DNA of 64,000 bases from contig OX337233.1 in the NCBI GenBank assembly GCA_946965045.2, positions 3,038,001 through 3,102,000 on the forward strand, read 5' to 3'. The notes below the pieces were generated by a model that was not told the origin of the DNA, did not search any database, and worked only from the letters and a program-made list of their open reading frames with translations. Shown here piece by piece: positions 1 to 10,490 of the stretch (position 1 is the first letter of the stretch; each line of letters starts with the position of its first letter). This stretch comes from Epithemia pelagica (lineage: Eukaryota; Protista; Bacillariophyta). Both the position numbers and the translations under genes were made by a program.

Positions 1-471
1 ATTGCACGACAAATAGAAACAAAAAATCGACATTTGGTTTTTTGTCTCCATTTGTCCCCAACAAATGCATGCATTGCTCCTATTATTTGTCGAAAGTGGG
101 ACAAATAGATGCAGCAAGGCTGACGTCATATATATTATTGCCCCATATTTCTTTTAAGCCTCTTCGTTTAGATGACACGAATGACATTACAACACCACAG
201 ACATGCGACCCATGGTGCGATTCACTAGGATGTGACTCATACTTTTGCTTCCACTTGTAGGCTTCCTGTTCAAAATCATGGCTGAACGCTGGGAACAAAA
301 TTATTAAATATGAGGCTTTTTTGAATCCGTGACTTAACTCGACAAATCAAATGGATGCACAAACATGCAATCATTTGTTCTGACAAATGAATGCATGGCA
401 CTCAAATGCCTTTTGCACTCAAATGACGTGTAACAGATGTTACAACAGATCTTCGATGTGATGATATGGTA

Positions 472-1086
472 AGGGCTGGGGATACCGATCCATGTACATC
501 TAAGTAGGCTCAGTACAAAAGCTACGTAGAGTACATAAAATCACATAGTACACGTCACGCCGGAAATGGTTGGAATTTCAAAAAAATGCAAAAACGCTCG
601 ACAATGATGGCGAGATCCGGTGACGCCGTATGCATTCATCCATGCATCGCATAAACATCCAACCACCGTAAGTCCTTTGCCCTTACCTTTGAAATTGTTG
701 TCTGAAATTACAGAAGATTTGCCAAGTTGGCTGAAAAGGTACGCTCATTTTTCTGCAGTGATGAAATCGAACGACCGCCCTAACTCATTCATTTTTCAAG
801 GGTGCCTGAATCAAAGTGAAAGCAAAGTTGCTCTAGTTGTAAAGATTCTTATTGTAAAAGTGATTGAGGCAGGCTCAATTATTGAGGAAGTTATGGCCAT
901 GGGGGTGATGACTTCCATCATTGTCGAATGATGGCTTCCGGATTGAACCTTTTCTATCGGTGGCAAGTTTACGACGTGCGACTCGGTGTGACCATCCGCC
1001 CCACTTCTTACACAGACGAAAATAGTACTACGTAGGTTAATGTACTGAGCCTACTTAGATGTACATGGATCGGTATCCCCAGCCCT
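472..1086. mobile_element. Non-autonomous TIR element (MITE), ~615 bp
   Basis: 470-517 (taagggctggggataccgatccatgtacatctaagtaggctcagtaca) is the exact reverse complement of 1041-1088. Flanks are consistent with a TA duplication (470-471 and 1087-1088). No transposase inside. Confidence 0.85.
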
Positions 1087-1402
1087 TAAGAGACAGAAAA
1101 GAGAGGAGAGACGAGAGACCCCAAGATTGGGGGAACGTTGGGAGGAATTCAACGGATACAGTGTGGGATCAAGACTTAAAGTTTTCTATCAAACTATCCA
1201 TCCACCGGTCGGTTCCGCGCACGCCGAGCTTCCTGCGCCGAAATGTTTTGCGCCGTCCCTCGTTTTCCATTCGTCCAAGCCCAAAAGAACCAAAACGCTG
1301 CGGTCCTTGTCGGACAAGTGGTGGTCGGAATGGTTTCCAATCGCTTCATTCCGCCACATTCCTGGTTTCCTCAATAGGCGAGCTTGTTGGGATCTCCAAT
1401 TA

Positions 1403-2680
1403 GGCGCATCGGGGTGGTAAAAAAAATCAAGGCAAAAATCAAGATTCGAGTTTCGAGGTGGGGTCTTCTACGGGCCTCGAATTCTTAACCTAGGATCTTT
1501 CACGGTGGTAAAAGATTAATTTTGAGTTTCGAGTTTCGAGGTCGCGTTTCGCCTGTTTCCTGTGCTCGACGTGTAGACAACGTCGAGAATCGAGAACGAG
1601 ATTGGAAACGACACAAACCATTCTGTACGCACTACTCTCTGCGACAAGAGCAACATCTCTGCGACAAGAGCAACAAGAAGAGGTTCGGACAATGACGGAG
1701 AAATGTCCATGGTGTTGTCTAGCAGTTACTACACTAAAGTGATATGACGAGAAAGGGGAGAATCAACAACAACTGGGGTGGGGCTTCATACATACCCTAA
1801 ATACTAGTTTGTCTGTTGGTATTGTCAGCCTTTGCACACGGTCCCAAACTAGTTTGCATTTCGACAAAGACAACAGCAAGAAGAGATGAGGATGATGTTT
1901 GGAGTTTGGAGTTGTGAGAAAACGTACGACAGCAACTTCCGGTAATGGACTCAAAACGTACGAAATCTTTCTACTTCTCAGAGTATCGTCGCGATAAAAC
2001 ACCCGTTTTCATATTGCGTTATCACACACCAATAGCTCTGATATGATCATATTGGATACAGATTCTTTCGATATGAGGCAAGCATCCCGAGTCACGGATG
2101 TCGGGGGACATTGTAGATGTCGTTTATGTCTTTTGATGTCGTTTGATGTCGTTTGATGTTTTTATCGCCAAAAGAATCTCTACTCTCCAGCAGTTCGTAT
2201 TATTCAACAGAAAAAACACGACTGACTGACGTTAGGCCCATGGTAAAAGACATTTCAAAAGGCCCATATTAGCACCGCTTGATTTTGACTCAAACCATGT
2301 TTCCGCGCGAGCCCGAAACGACATCAAACGATATCAAACGACATCCCTCACGACATCAAACGACATCCCTCACGACATTCCCGTTTGTTCCATACTAGAG
2401 ATTGGAAAACCATCCTCTATGGTTTCATAATACGTATTTTGTATTGATATCGATCCGTTGTCGAAGAAGTTCTTGGTCTTATCCACTGGGTATTGCTAGC
2501 GGATACGGGACTCAAGGGTACTTACCGGAAGTTGCAGAAGAGCACCCTCGAATCTTGACCTCGACTTTTGACCGAGGCGCACTTTTTTGGGTACACATAA
2601 CCTATTCATAACATATTAGACCAACCTCGAAACTCCAATCTTGATTTTGCCTCGAATTTTTTTTACCACCCCGATGCGCC
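1403..2680. mobile_element. Non-autonomous TIR element, probably PIF/Harbinger-like
   Basis: ~60-bp imperfect TIRs (ggcgcatcggggtggtaaaaaaaa... / ...ttttttttaccaccccgatgcgcc). Flanks are TTA (1400-1402) and TTT (2681-2683). Many TCGAG/CTCGA subterminal motifs. Confidence 0.7.
2095..2383. repeat. Small nested inverted-repeat element built from GATGTCGTTT units
   Basis: Arrays of gatgtcgttt at ~2115-2160 face arrays of aaacgacatc at ~2316-2383. Confidence 0.6.
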
Positions 2681-2769
2681 TTTCCAAGGAAGGGAACCCT
2701 AACCCTAACGTGCTGACAATCGTTAGGTACAATTATACTCCTACTTGATACTCTAGCTAGGAGTATACC

Positions 2770-3023
2770 TCTAACTCCATACCAGACTGTGTAGTTAGTT
2801 CGTCTCACTTTTTTATACTACAGTAGGAAGTAGTTTCGTGCGGGTCGCGCGGTTTCCGTCTCCTGTGTGACACTGGTGTGACACTTGCGTGACACTTGTG
2901 TGACACTTCTTTCAGGAAATCTCACTAACTACACAGCTTGATAGGGAGTAAGTATACTAATTCCCTGTGTCTGGCCGTCCTTTCGCGTCGGGCGCGCCCG
3001 GCTTGTCGGGACACCGGGAATTA
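2770..3023 (-). repeat. Dispersed unclassified repeat, copy A (piggyBac insertion target)
   Basis: Reverse complement aligns by eye with 27090-27473, including gtgtcacacaa 11-mer tandem units and gccgggcgcgcccgacgc. About 105 bp present in copy B is missing here. Confidence 0.85.
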
Positions 3024-3430
3024 TTAACGCCAATCGTAAAGAACAGGTTTTAAGCTTATGCGAGCAGCATATAGGTGTCTCCCATAAATTTTATCGGAGT
3101 CAACGTGCTGCTCGAATTGCTGTCTCCCTTATTAAAACAGTAAAGCAAGCTGTGTTAAGCAATGACACCTGTGTCATTTTTTCCCTCATTCATCGCGTCC
3201 AAGGTCACTCATTCATGAATGATACCAAAGCAATCTATTGTTACTTCTATTCATTACTCGTCTACTGGCCTTCCGTCAACACTGCCTCCCAACCGAAGAT
3301 CATGAATGGTAAGTGCGCGGATTATTTCATACAGGAATCCAACCCATCAAGTGTTTCTTGTTTCCATTCACCCCTCTAATCTTTTCTGTGCAAAAATGCA
3401 GGTCTCATTGAGTCGATCAAAGTTGCAGAG

Positions 3431-3958
3431 ATGCATCTTGAACCTGAAGAAAACAATCAAGCAAACACTGTTGTGATGGTCCCCTTCACTCTCCAGAAAC
3501 CCCGAGTGCTAGTTACTGGAGAAAAGGGCAGTGTCATTGACGAGACCGCTGAAGCTACTGAGACTAGATATCTGCCCGAAAAATACGCTTGTCCTGAAAG
3601 CATCAGTACGATTCTCCACGAACTCAACCACAATACGCCTCCCTCCCGAACTCACGGATACATGCATTGGGAGAGTGTTTGCGGAGTCTGTCAACAAAAT
3701 CCCTGCGTTATTGTCGACAATCTTCCTTACCGTCATAAAATAGCAATGCATATGAAAAAAAAAGGTGAATCGAATCGTAGTATTCGATATCAATTGTATC
3801 GCCGCTTGTCGAACAAGCTTCACGGCCCCCTTGGACGCGGCCACCGTGTACAACTTCCTGATTGTTTGTTTGATTTTGTTCGCGAAAACTTCCCCAACGA
3901 GAACCCAGATGAACAGTACGTTGGCTTTCGCGAAGGTCCTATCAATCACGACAAGTAA
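3431..3958 (+). CDS. 175-aa passenger protein with P2X7 cytoplasmic-ballast-like (Zn/Cys) domain
   Basis: Uninterrupted ATG-to-stop ORF with CGVCQQNPC and RYQLYRR...HGPLG...LPDC...VRENFP...QYVGF. This matches the R..YR......G........LP.C....IR..FP....QY.GF pattern of the P2X7 C-terminus as I recall it. Confidence 0.7.
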   Translation: MHLEPEENNQANTVVMVPFTLQKPRVLVTGEKGSVIDETAEATETRYLPEKYACPESISTILHELNHNTPPSRTHGYMHWESVCGVCQQNPCVIVDNLPYRHKIAMHMKKKGESNRSIRYQLYRRLSNKLHGPLGRGHRVQLPDCLFDFVRENFPNENPDEQYVGFREGPINHDK

Positions 3959-4023
3959 TCAAGCACTAAGAGACTAGCGTCAAAGTGGGTAATATTCTCT
4001 TATTTAGATTAGTCAATTCTCTT

Positions 4024-7000
4024 CTACAGTTCATGCATTTCTCTACTTTCGTCAGTACTTTCATTGTCACCATCATTGTTGTCATCGTCTTCTTCTGTAT
4101 CATTCCGTCCGTGGTTCCTGCGCTTTCTTTTCCTTGTCCACTCTGGAGGCAAACCGTGTTTCTCGCGTAGATCCATTATGATTGGATGATTCTTCTTTGT
4201 TGTGTATTTGTATCGAGCTCCTGGAGATGACGCTGGTTGACACATGAACATTTCTCTTCCATTGGTCGAATGGAGAATCTCGAAGCATGTGAGATCGGTG
4301 AATTGAGGGAGTTGATGGATCTTCCATCCATCTTCTCTTTCGTCCTTGCATGATACCAAATGGGCAACAATCCCACACTTGGCACATTGACCCACGTTGG
4401 TAAAAATGCCTTTCATACCGAGCTCTTTGCGTTTCCAACGATATTCCAACAAACATACGGCGCATGCAACTCGTCTGTTACCTTCCAATGGGATGGGATA
4501 GTGCCCATCTTCACACGTTCGTTACCTTGCTGCAGTAATCCTCCTTGCCAAAGCGTCTACTTCCTCTGTGTGGACGTAGCTGCACATTGCTTGTGCGACA
4601 CAGGTGTAGAATGCATGCCGCGTGAGCTTCGTGCGTCGAGCTCGGACACGGTCTCCAGCGGACATGTTCCATCCGATGTAGGCATTTAGAAGCATAACAT
4701 CCATTATGCCTAAACCAGTCTTCTTGTACCACTTTTTGAAATGCCCATGGGTGGCGAAACCGCCAAAATGTTGTCGCATCTGGTCCCCTTCATCTATCCC
4801 CCCCATTGTCTCTTGATACCGAATGAGAACTATAGGGCAATTGAATATCTCTTTGTTGGGTCCAACTTGTCGTTGTACCTGTCCTTTACCATTATTTTCG
4901 TAACTGGATGCAAAATTTACCACTTTTGAGTCCACCCATTGCCCAATGATGATTCCATTCACTTCGTCGTGTGCCAGGTGGATTGTTCCGCGGTTAGTTT
5001 TCGTCTTCTTTAGTTGCATCAGTCTCTTGTTCCACCCAATTCTGTTTGAACGTACTGTGCCTGTCGCGAGGATTTTCAGACGATCACGAAGAATAACCAG
5101 TAATTGGGGCGCTGCATATCTATTGTCCATTGCCAAATGACGGAATCCGTTGGTTTCCTTATGCAACTCCAACGCATAACATGCGTTTACCACAGCCTTC
5201 ATCGTTGTAGGAAGTTTCTTGGCCTCCTCTTGTATATAAGAGTTGGTAGCATTTTTTCCTTGATATACGTCCAGATGGAGAATTGCGTAGGATCTGGAAG
5301 AAGCGAGAATGAAGAAGTCTACACGAAATTTTTGCGGCTTGTCCTTGTTGTACTGCCTAACAGGGCAGTACCGGGAGCGACAGCCAATTCCACCTTCATC
5401 AAATGCCAAATCTTGAGGAATCCGAAATGATCTCTTGGAAGCAGCATTAACAGCTTGAATGAGTTTCCGAAGCTGGTAGCACTTGTCACCGCCCCTTGCA
5501 GCACCTTTGTTCTCAAAGTGAAAGGCTCCCCTTATCTGACGGAATCTGGCCAACCTCATGTATCTCGAAGCCCATCCTTCACTATCAAGAATCTCTACAG
5601 ACTACAGAGGGAAGAGCAGTTCCCAGACTGTACATACAGTTTGAGGTCTGAAAATAAGAGGCATAGCCTCCACCATCCACTGGTTGGAGTGACATCATTA
5701 GGATGATTCCGAGGAACCTCGTCATTTCTTCTGCCGTGACATCGTTCCATTTTTGGGAATGATCATAACCTCGGCGCCCCATCAAACGCGGACGGATTTT
5801 CTGGTGAAAGTACTGATTAGTTGCGGCAGCCATATCGGAAATCAATGAATTCGACAATCCACCAATAACACGGAGACAATCAAGTGGAGTATGGAACTCC
5901 TCCGCTACTCCAGGTTTCAGACCGTCTTCTCCACGAAACATTGACCTGTTATGACGTTCCTTACCAATCCACGACAACATATTGTTAGACGCATCAACCT
6001 GTTTGTAATGAAAGTGCAAGTTGTTGATCAGTACTTTGAGATTTGTTGAATTGTTGGGGTCTTCGTCGTCCGAAACCGAGTCTGCTGATTCTCCATCATC
6101 TTCTTGTGTGTTGTCTTGGGCAGAATCATTGTCGTCGCTTTGACAATAATCATCCAATGGATTCTGTGACCTTTGCACGGTATCGTTGAAGTCCAGCTCA
6201 AAACCACCGTCGGCATCTTCATCTGAAGAAGATCCATTGTCGTCAATGTCATTATTTGCTCTAGCGTCATTTTGCTGTTGTTGTTGTTGACGAGTGGTGA
6301 CAGTAGGGATGGCAGCCATTTCTATGGAGTTGTTGTTTGGTTGAAGTTGTTGAGCCGCGGTATCAGTTGTCCCTGTCGAGTCTCCTGTATTGGAAGTACC
6401 AAAAAGACGTGTGGCAACTTGGTTGATTGGAGTGTGATTGTTATCTTCATCTACAGTTGCTGCCTCAGAGTTATTCATTGCTGGAGAGGGTCCACCTCGT
6501 GGGGCAGTCATCAAAGTGGCTCAACCCTGTGCTCGCTCTTGAGTGGACGGTGGATTGGATCGTGTCCGACGATTGGAATGCCGCAAAGATGAATTGCTAG
6601 CATTCCTTAGGGCGTCTCTTCTTCGTGCTTGTTCTGCTGTTGAAGGAGGTGGTGGTGGTGCTCTTGCTGTGTTGCCGCGTTGAGACGATCGTCGTAGTGC
6701 AGGTGACTGTGTGACGTTGTTGCTGCCACCATGAGCCTCGGGAACTTGACTTTGTTGTTGTTGCTGTTGTGTTACAGATGGTTCACCATTTGGCCTGTAT
6801 GCTTCAATGTACTGACAAAGCCTCTCTTTCACTGTTTTCGTTGATATGAACTGAGACTTGATCCAGTTCTGGGGGACTTGCATAGTACTAATCGTACCGT
6901 TGTCCCAGATAATGGAATAAGCACTGCCATTTTTCTTTGACGGGCACTCCATGATTTTTCCGACTACACGAACAGGATTGTCAGTTTCATTTGGACGAAA

Positions 7001-7534
7001 GCGCCGTAGAAAATCTTGGTAGAAGTTATCATGGATCCAAAATTCGTCTGGAGCAACAAGAAAGCGCTTGGCATACGAAAACCGCGATCGCTGGTGGTTG
7101 TTGCCACGTGGACGTCGAGGACGATCGTAAAACGCCATAAGTCCTTGCAATTCGGGTGGAAGTTCTTGTGTCTGTGTTGTTTCGGTAGCGACGACTCCCA
7201 GACGGGCAACGTTGGAACCCGATTCTGTTGCATGTTCGCGTGTTGCTGTTGTTGTAGTAGTTGTAGGTGCAACGTTGGTGGATGAATCCATTGCTTCTGA
7301 ATTGCGGGGTGGAGGTGCGACAGTATTGTTGGCGATTGCTTCAAACGGTGGTGGTGGTTGGGGGGTAACACCAAAGGCTGCCTCTGTTGCTAAGGCATTG
7401 CCAACAGATTGTTTGGGAAGTTGGGCGGTATCTTCGGTGGCATGGTCAATATCTGGTTCGATGAGCGGTTGCGACGAATTCGGTTGTCCTGACTCTTGGT
7501 CCTCGTTCTCCGCAGGTACAGCTGCAGACAACAT
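4024..7534 (-). pseudogene. piggyBac transposase (DDE_Tnp_1_7-like) with C-terminal Cys-rich domain, disrupted
   Basis: Catalytic motifs LAFDEG, LAMDNRY and MGGIDEGDQ; C-terminal CAVC...CAKC..H..C. In-frame TGA at 6521-6523, 7-bp duplication frameshift at 5595-5608, in-frame TAA at 4522-4524. Confidence 0.9.
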
Positions 7535-8149
7535 TGCCTTTGGTGGACGTCTTCTTCACTATATTGACCGTCAGAATGGAGAATCCTGCAACGATCGGCC
7601 CAGATGATAGGAATATAGAATCATGCAAAGTTGGGCCCTAGGCGCAGGATGATCGAAATGAACAGAAATGAGGAAAATCGCCCATTTTTCAAAGCGAAAT
7701 ATCACGCTATTGACTGTGTATTTACTGTAGACTATCATACATGAAGTTGTTCGGAATTCCAAGATCTTTCGAACGATGAAGTCAGATCTGCATGAAATTG
7801 AAGTTTTAGGAAGTTATACGAAGTGAAAGTTAAGGGAGTAGCGTATACGCTGCTCCCATATATGGGAGTAGCGTATACGCTGCTCGCTTACGATTGGCGT
7901 TAATACTACTAGAGAAAGTCGTTCTGTCTGTACTGGGTGACACCAAAACAACAACAACAATAAAAGAGATAAAAAGGATGCATTTGCCTACTGTCATGGT
8001 GGCAGGTGGCATATTTCGCTTACATGAACGAAAAAATGAGGCAAGATTTTATACCGTATACCGTGGTTTTAGACTCTAAAAGGTATAGGTAATTATACTC
8101 TTAAAGGTATTATTATACTTATACTTCTAAGCAAAATCCCTTAGGGGGT

Positions 8150-10148
8150 AAGTTATTGGGCGCGCTTAGCATGTGCGGAGTGCAGAGCATGATATGGGCG
8201 GAGAAAGGCCAATCCAACCCGGATATAGAGCTTTCCTCCGCAAAATTTACATGCGGAGGAAGAGTGCGGATGGAGCAAGGTTGGAAGCAAAATCACGCGC
8301 CCACACACCACACACTCAATGCGTCGAACAGTCAAAGTCCTTCGATGATGGATTTATCATGGACAAAAGAGACGACAGAGTCTATCTAGGCACTAGTATT
8401 GCAGACAAGTACATGTAGTCGGCCAACTGTTGCTTCCTTGCTCTTTAGGAGTATTTTCCATCCTCATGGTGGAGGTTGTGTTTCCATAGAGCATGGAAAT
8501 TGAGGTGTCTTTCCAACATGAGCTCGTAGGGCCAACAGAACAACAGGTGAAATATACAATGGATACTCTATGATAAGTAGTCTATAAAGGGAATGATTAT
8601 TAGGCTATCTCCACCCGAGCGCCGCTATGCTGACGTATTGGGGCTTTCTGATTGGCCTCGCTATCCGGATAGCGGAATAGCGGAGCCAAACGGAAATAAA
8701 CTCCACGATCTCCGTTAAAAGAACGCCGCTATCTCGCGTTGCGCGTACGCCCTCTCTTGTTTCGGTTAAAAAGGGGTCTGCGGCTTGCGGAATTCAAACA
8801 AGACAATCAACGAGAGCACAAAGCATAAACCAAAGATGGAGGACTCGTTGTTCTCCCTCTTCATTGTTGACTGTCATGGTGAATCATGTTGTTGTTCATG
8901 GCCAATGTAGATGTAGGTTGTAGTTTGCAGTCCAATCGTCCTATTGTATTCCCTGTCCCATTTCCGATTGATTGTCTGATAATCGAACACACCAATAGTT
9001 TGAATGATGCATTTGTATGATTGTTGCATTCCTTCCGATCCGTGATCCTCGAATCATCTTGCTGTGCATGGTTCTTGTCCCATTGTAGGAAGTAGGGAAC
9101 ACAACAATGGAAAAAGAGATGGTAAGCGATCGTCACAAATCAATACGTGCCATTGCCATGTTTTCGACAAGAGAGATACTGTTGGCAGCAGACGTTAATT
9201 TGTTTATGCCGACGGTTATATTTTGCTCCGCTATCCGCTATTTTCCCCGCTATTCGGGGCCCCAAATAGCGGCAAAGATAGCGGATAGCAGAGCTGTTTA
9301 GCGGTTAGAGGAGATGGTGGAGTTCGATAGCAGTTTTTGGACCTTTAGCGGCCCCGGGTGGAGATAGCCTTATGTCCGGAAACCATCCCTTTGCTTGCCA
9401 TCGTCTTCCCGAAGTTGCTCCTTTTCGATTCCATACTTAAGGCGACCCATACGCGTTTCCGTGATGGTCGAGGATTTTGAGCGCGCGCGTCGCGCATGCT
9501 CCGCATCTCTACATCCGCCCACCCATAATATAGGGGGTATATTATCGGGCGCGCGGAGCATGTGCGGAGCATGATATGGGCGGAGAAAGGCCAAACCAAC
9601 CCGGATATAGAGCTTTCCTCCGCAAAATTTACATGCGTAGGAAGAGTGCGGGTGGAGCATGGTTGGAAGCAAAATCACGCGCCCACACACCACACACTCA
9701 ATGCGTCGAACAGTCGAAGTCTTCCGATGATGGATTTGTCATGGACAAAAGCGATGACAGAGTCTATCTAGGCACTAGTATTGTAGACAAGTACATATAG
9801 TCGGCCAACTGTTGCTGCCTTGCTCTTTAGGAGTCTTTTCCATCCTCATGGTGGAGGTTGTGTTTCCATCGAGCATAGAAATTGACGTGTCTTTCCCACA
9901 TGAGCTCGTAGGGCCAACAGAACAACAGGTGAAATATCCAATGGATACTCTAAATGATAAGTAATCTATAAAGGGAATGATTATTGTGTCCGGAAACCAC
10001 CCCTTTGCTTGCCATCGTCTTCCCAAAGTTGCTCTTCTCCTTCCTTTTCGATTCCATACTTAAGGCGACCCATACGCGTTTCCGTGACGGTCGAGGATTT
10101 TGAGCGCGCGCGCCGCGCATGCTCCGCATCTCTGCATCCGCCCACCGA
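8150..10148. repeat. Tandem duplication of a ~610-bp unit (copy 1 ~8150-9530, MITE-interrupted; copy 2 ~9538-10148)
   Basis: 8150-8600 matches ~9540-9983, and 9373-9530 matches 9987-10145. Confidence 0.9.
8603..9369. mobile_element. PIF/Harbinger (Tourist-like) MITE, 767 bp
   Basis: Perfect 15-bp TIR GGCTATCTCCACCCG/CGGGTGGAGATAGCC; TTA TSD at 8600-8602 and 9370-9372; empty site present in the tandem copy at 9984-9986. Confidence 0.92.
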
Positions 10149-10490
10149 TAACATAGACGCGCGGAGCATGCATCGTGGAGCATGCATTGCTCCCCCCATA
10201 TCCATGCTCCGCCCATGCCGCGTGCCCGATAACTTCCCCCTTCGACCCTCTAAACGGTCACCCTACTGTAAAGTCTTTGTGCATTTCCCACCCTACCGGC
10301 TTACCCGACTCCGTTCTTTAATCGAACAAAAGCAGCAACAAGCAACAACAGCAGTGGACGAAGGAACAGTAACAGTACGACGACAATCAGCAACAATAAT
10401 CAGCCGTACACGCTCAGAAAGACGCAAGAGCGGCGGCAGAGAAGACACACCCCTTTACTATCAGCAGCAACGAGCGATAGAGTCGGAGCA

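Larger units (their letters stand above)
3028..7899 (-). mobile_element. Full-length piggyBac-superfamily DNA transposon (4872 bp)
   Basis: TTAA at 3024-3027 and 7900-7903; perfect 12-bp TIR CGCCAATCGTAA/TTACGATTGGCG; asymmetric subterminal IRs at 3061-3086 and 7861-7886 (21/26 match); encodes a piggyBac DDD transposase. Confidence 0.95.

Noticed and set aside
83-298. HHGSHVCGVV resembling the subtilase His motif
   Set aside because: Short ORF with no Asp or Ser catalytic motifs nearby; probably chance.
620-931. 103-aa ORF inside the first MITE
   Set aside because: Non-ATG start and no transposase or other recognisable motif.
2694-2709. aaccctaaccctaac telomere-like repeat
   Set aside because: Only about two units; too short to call a telomere or interstitial telomeric array.
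2865-2910. 11-bp gtgtgacactt tandem units (also 27320-27362) as a CRISPR-like array
   Set aside because: No spacers, a eukaryotic context and no cas genes; these are simple tandem repeats within a dispersed repeat.
2770-3023. Helitron interpretation of the dispersed repeat (CTAG at 7908-7911)
   Set aside because: Copy B lacks the CTRR end and I found no convincing terminal hairpin.
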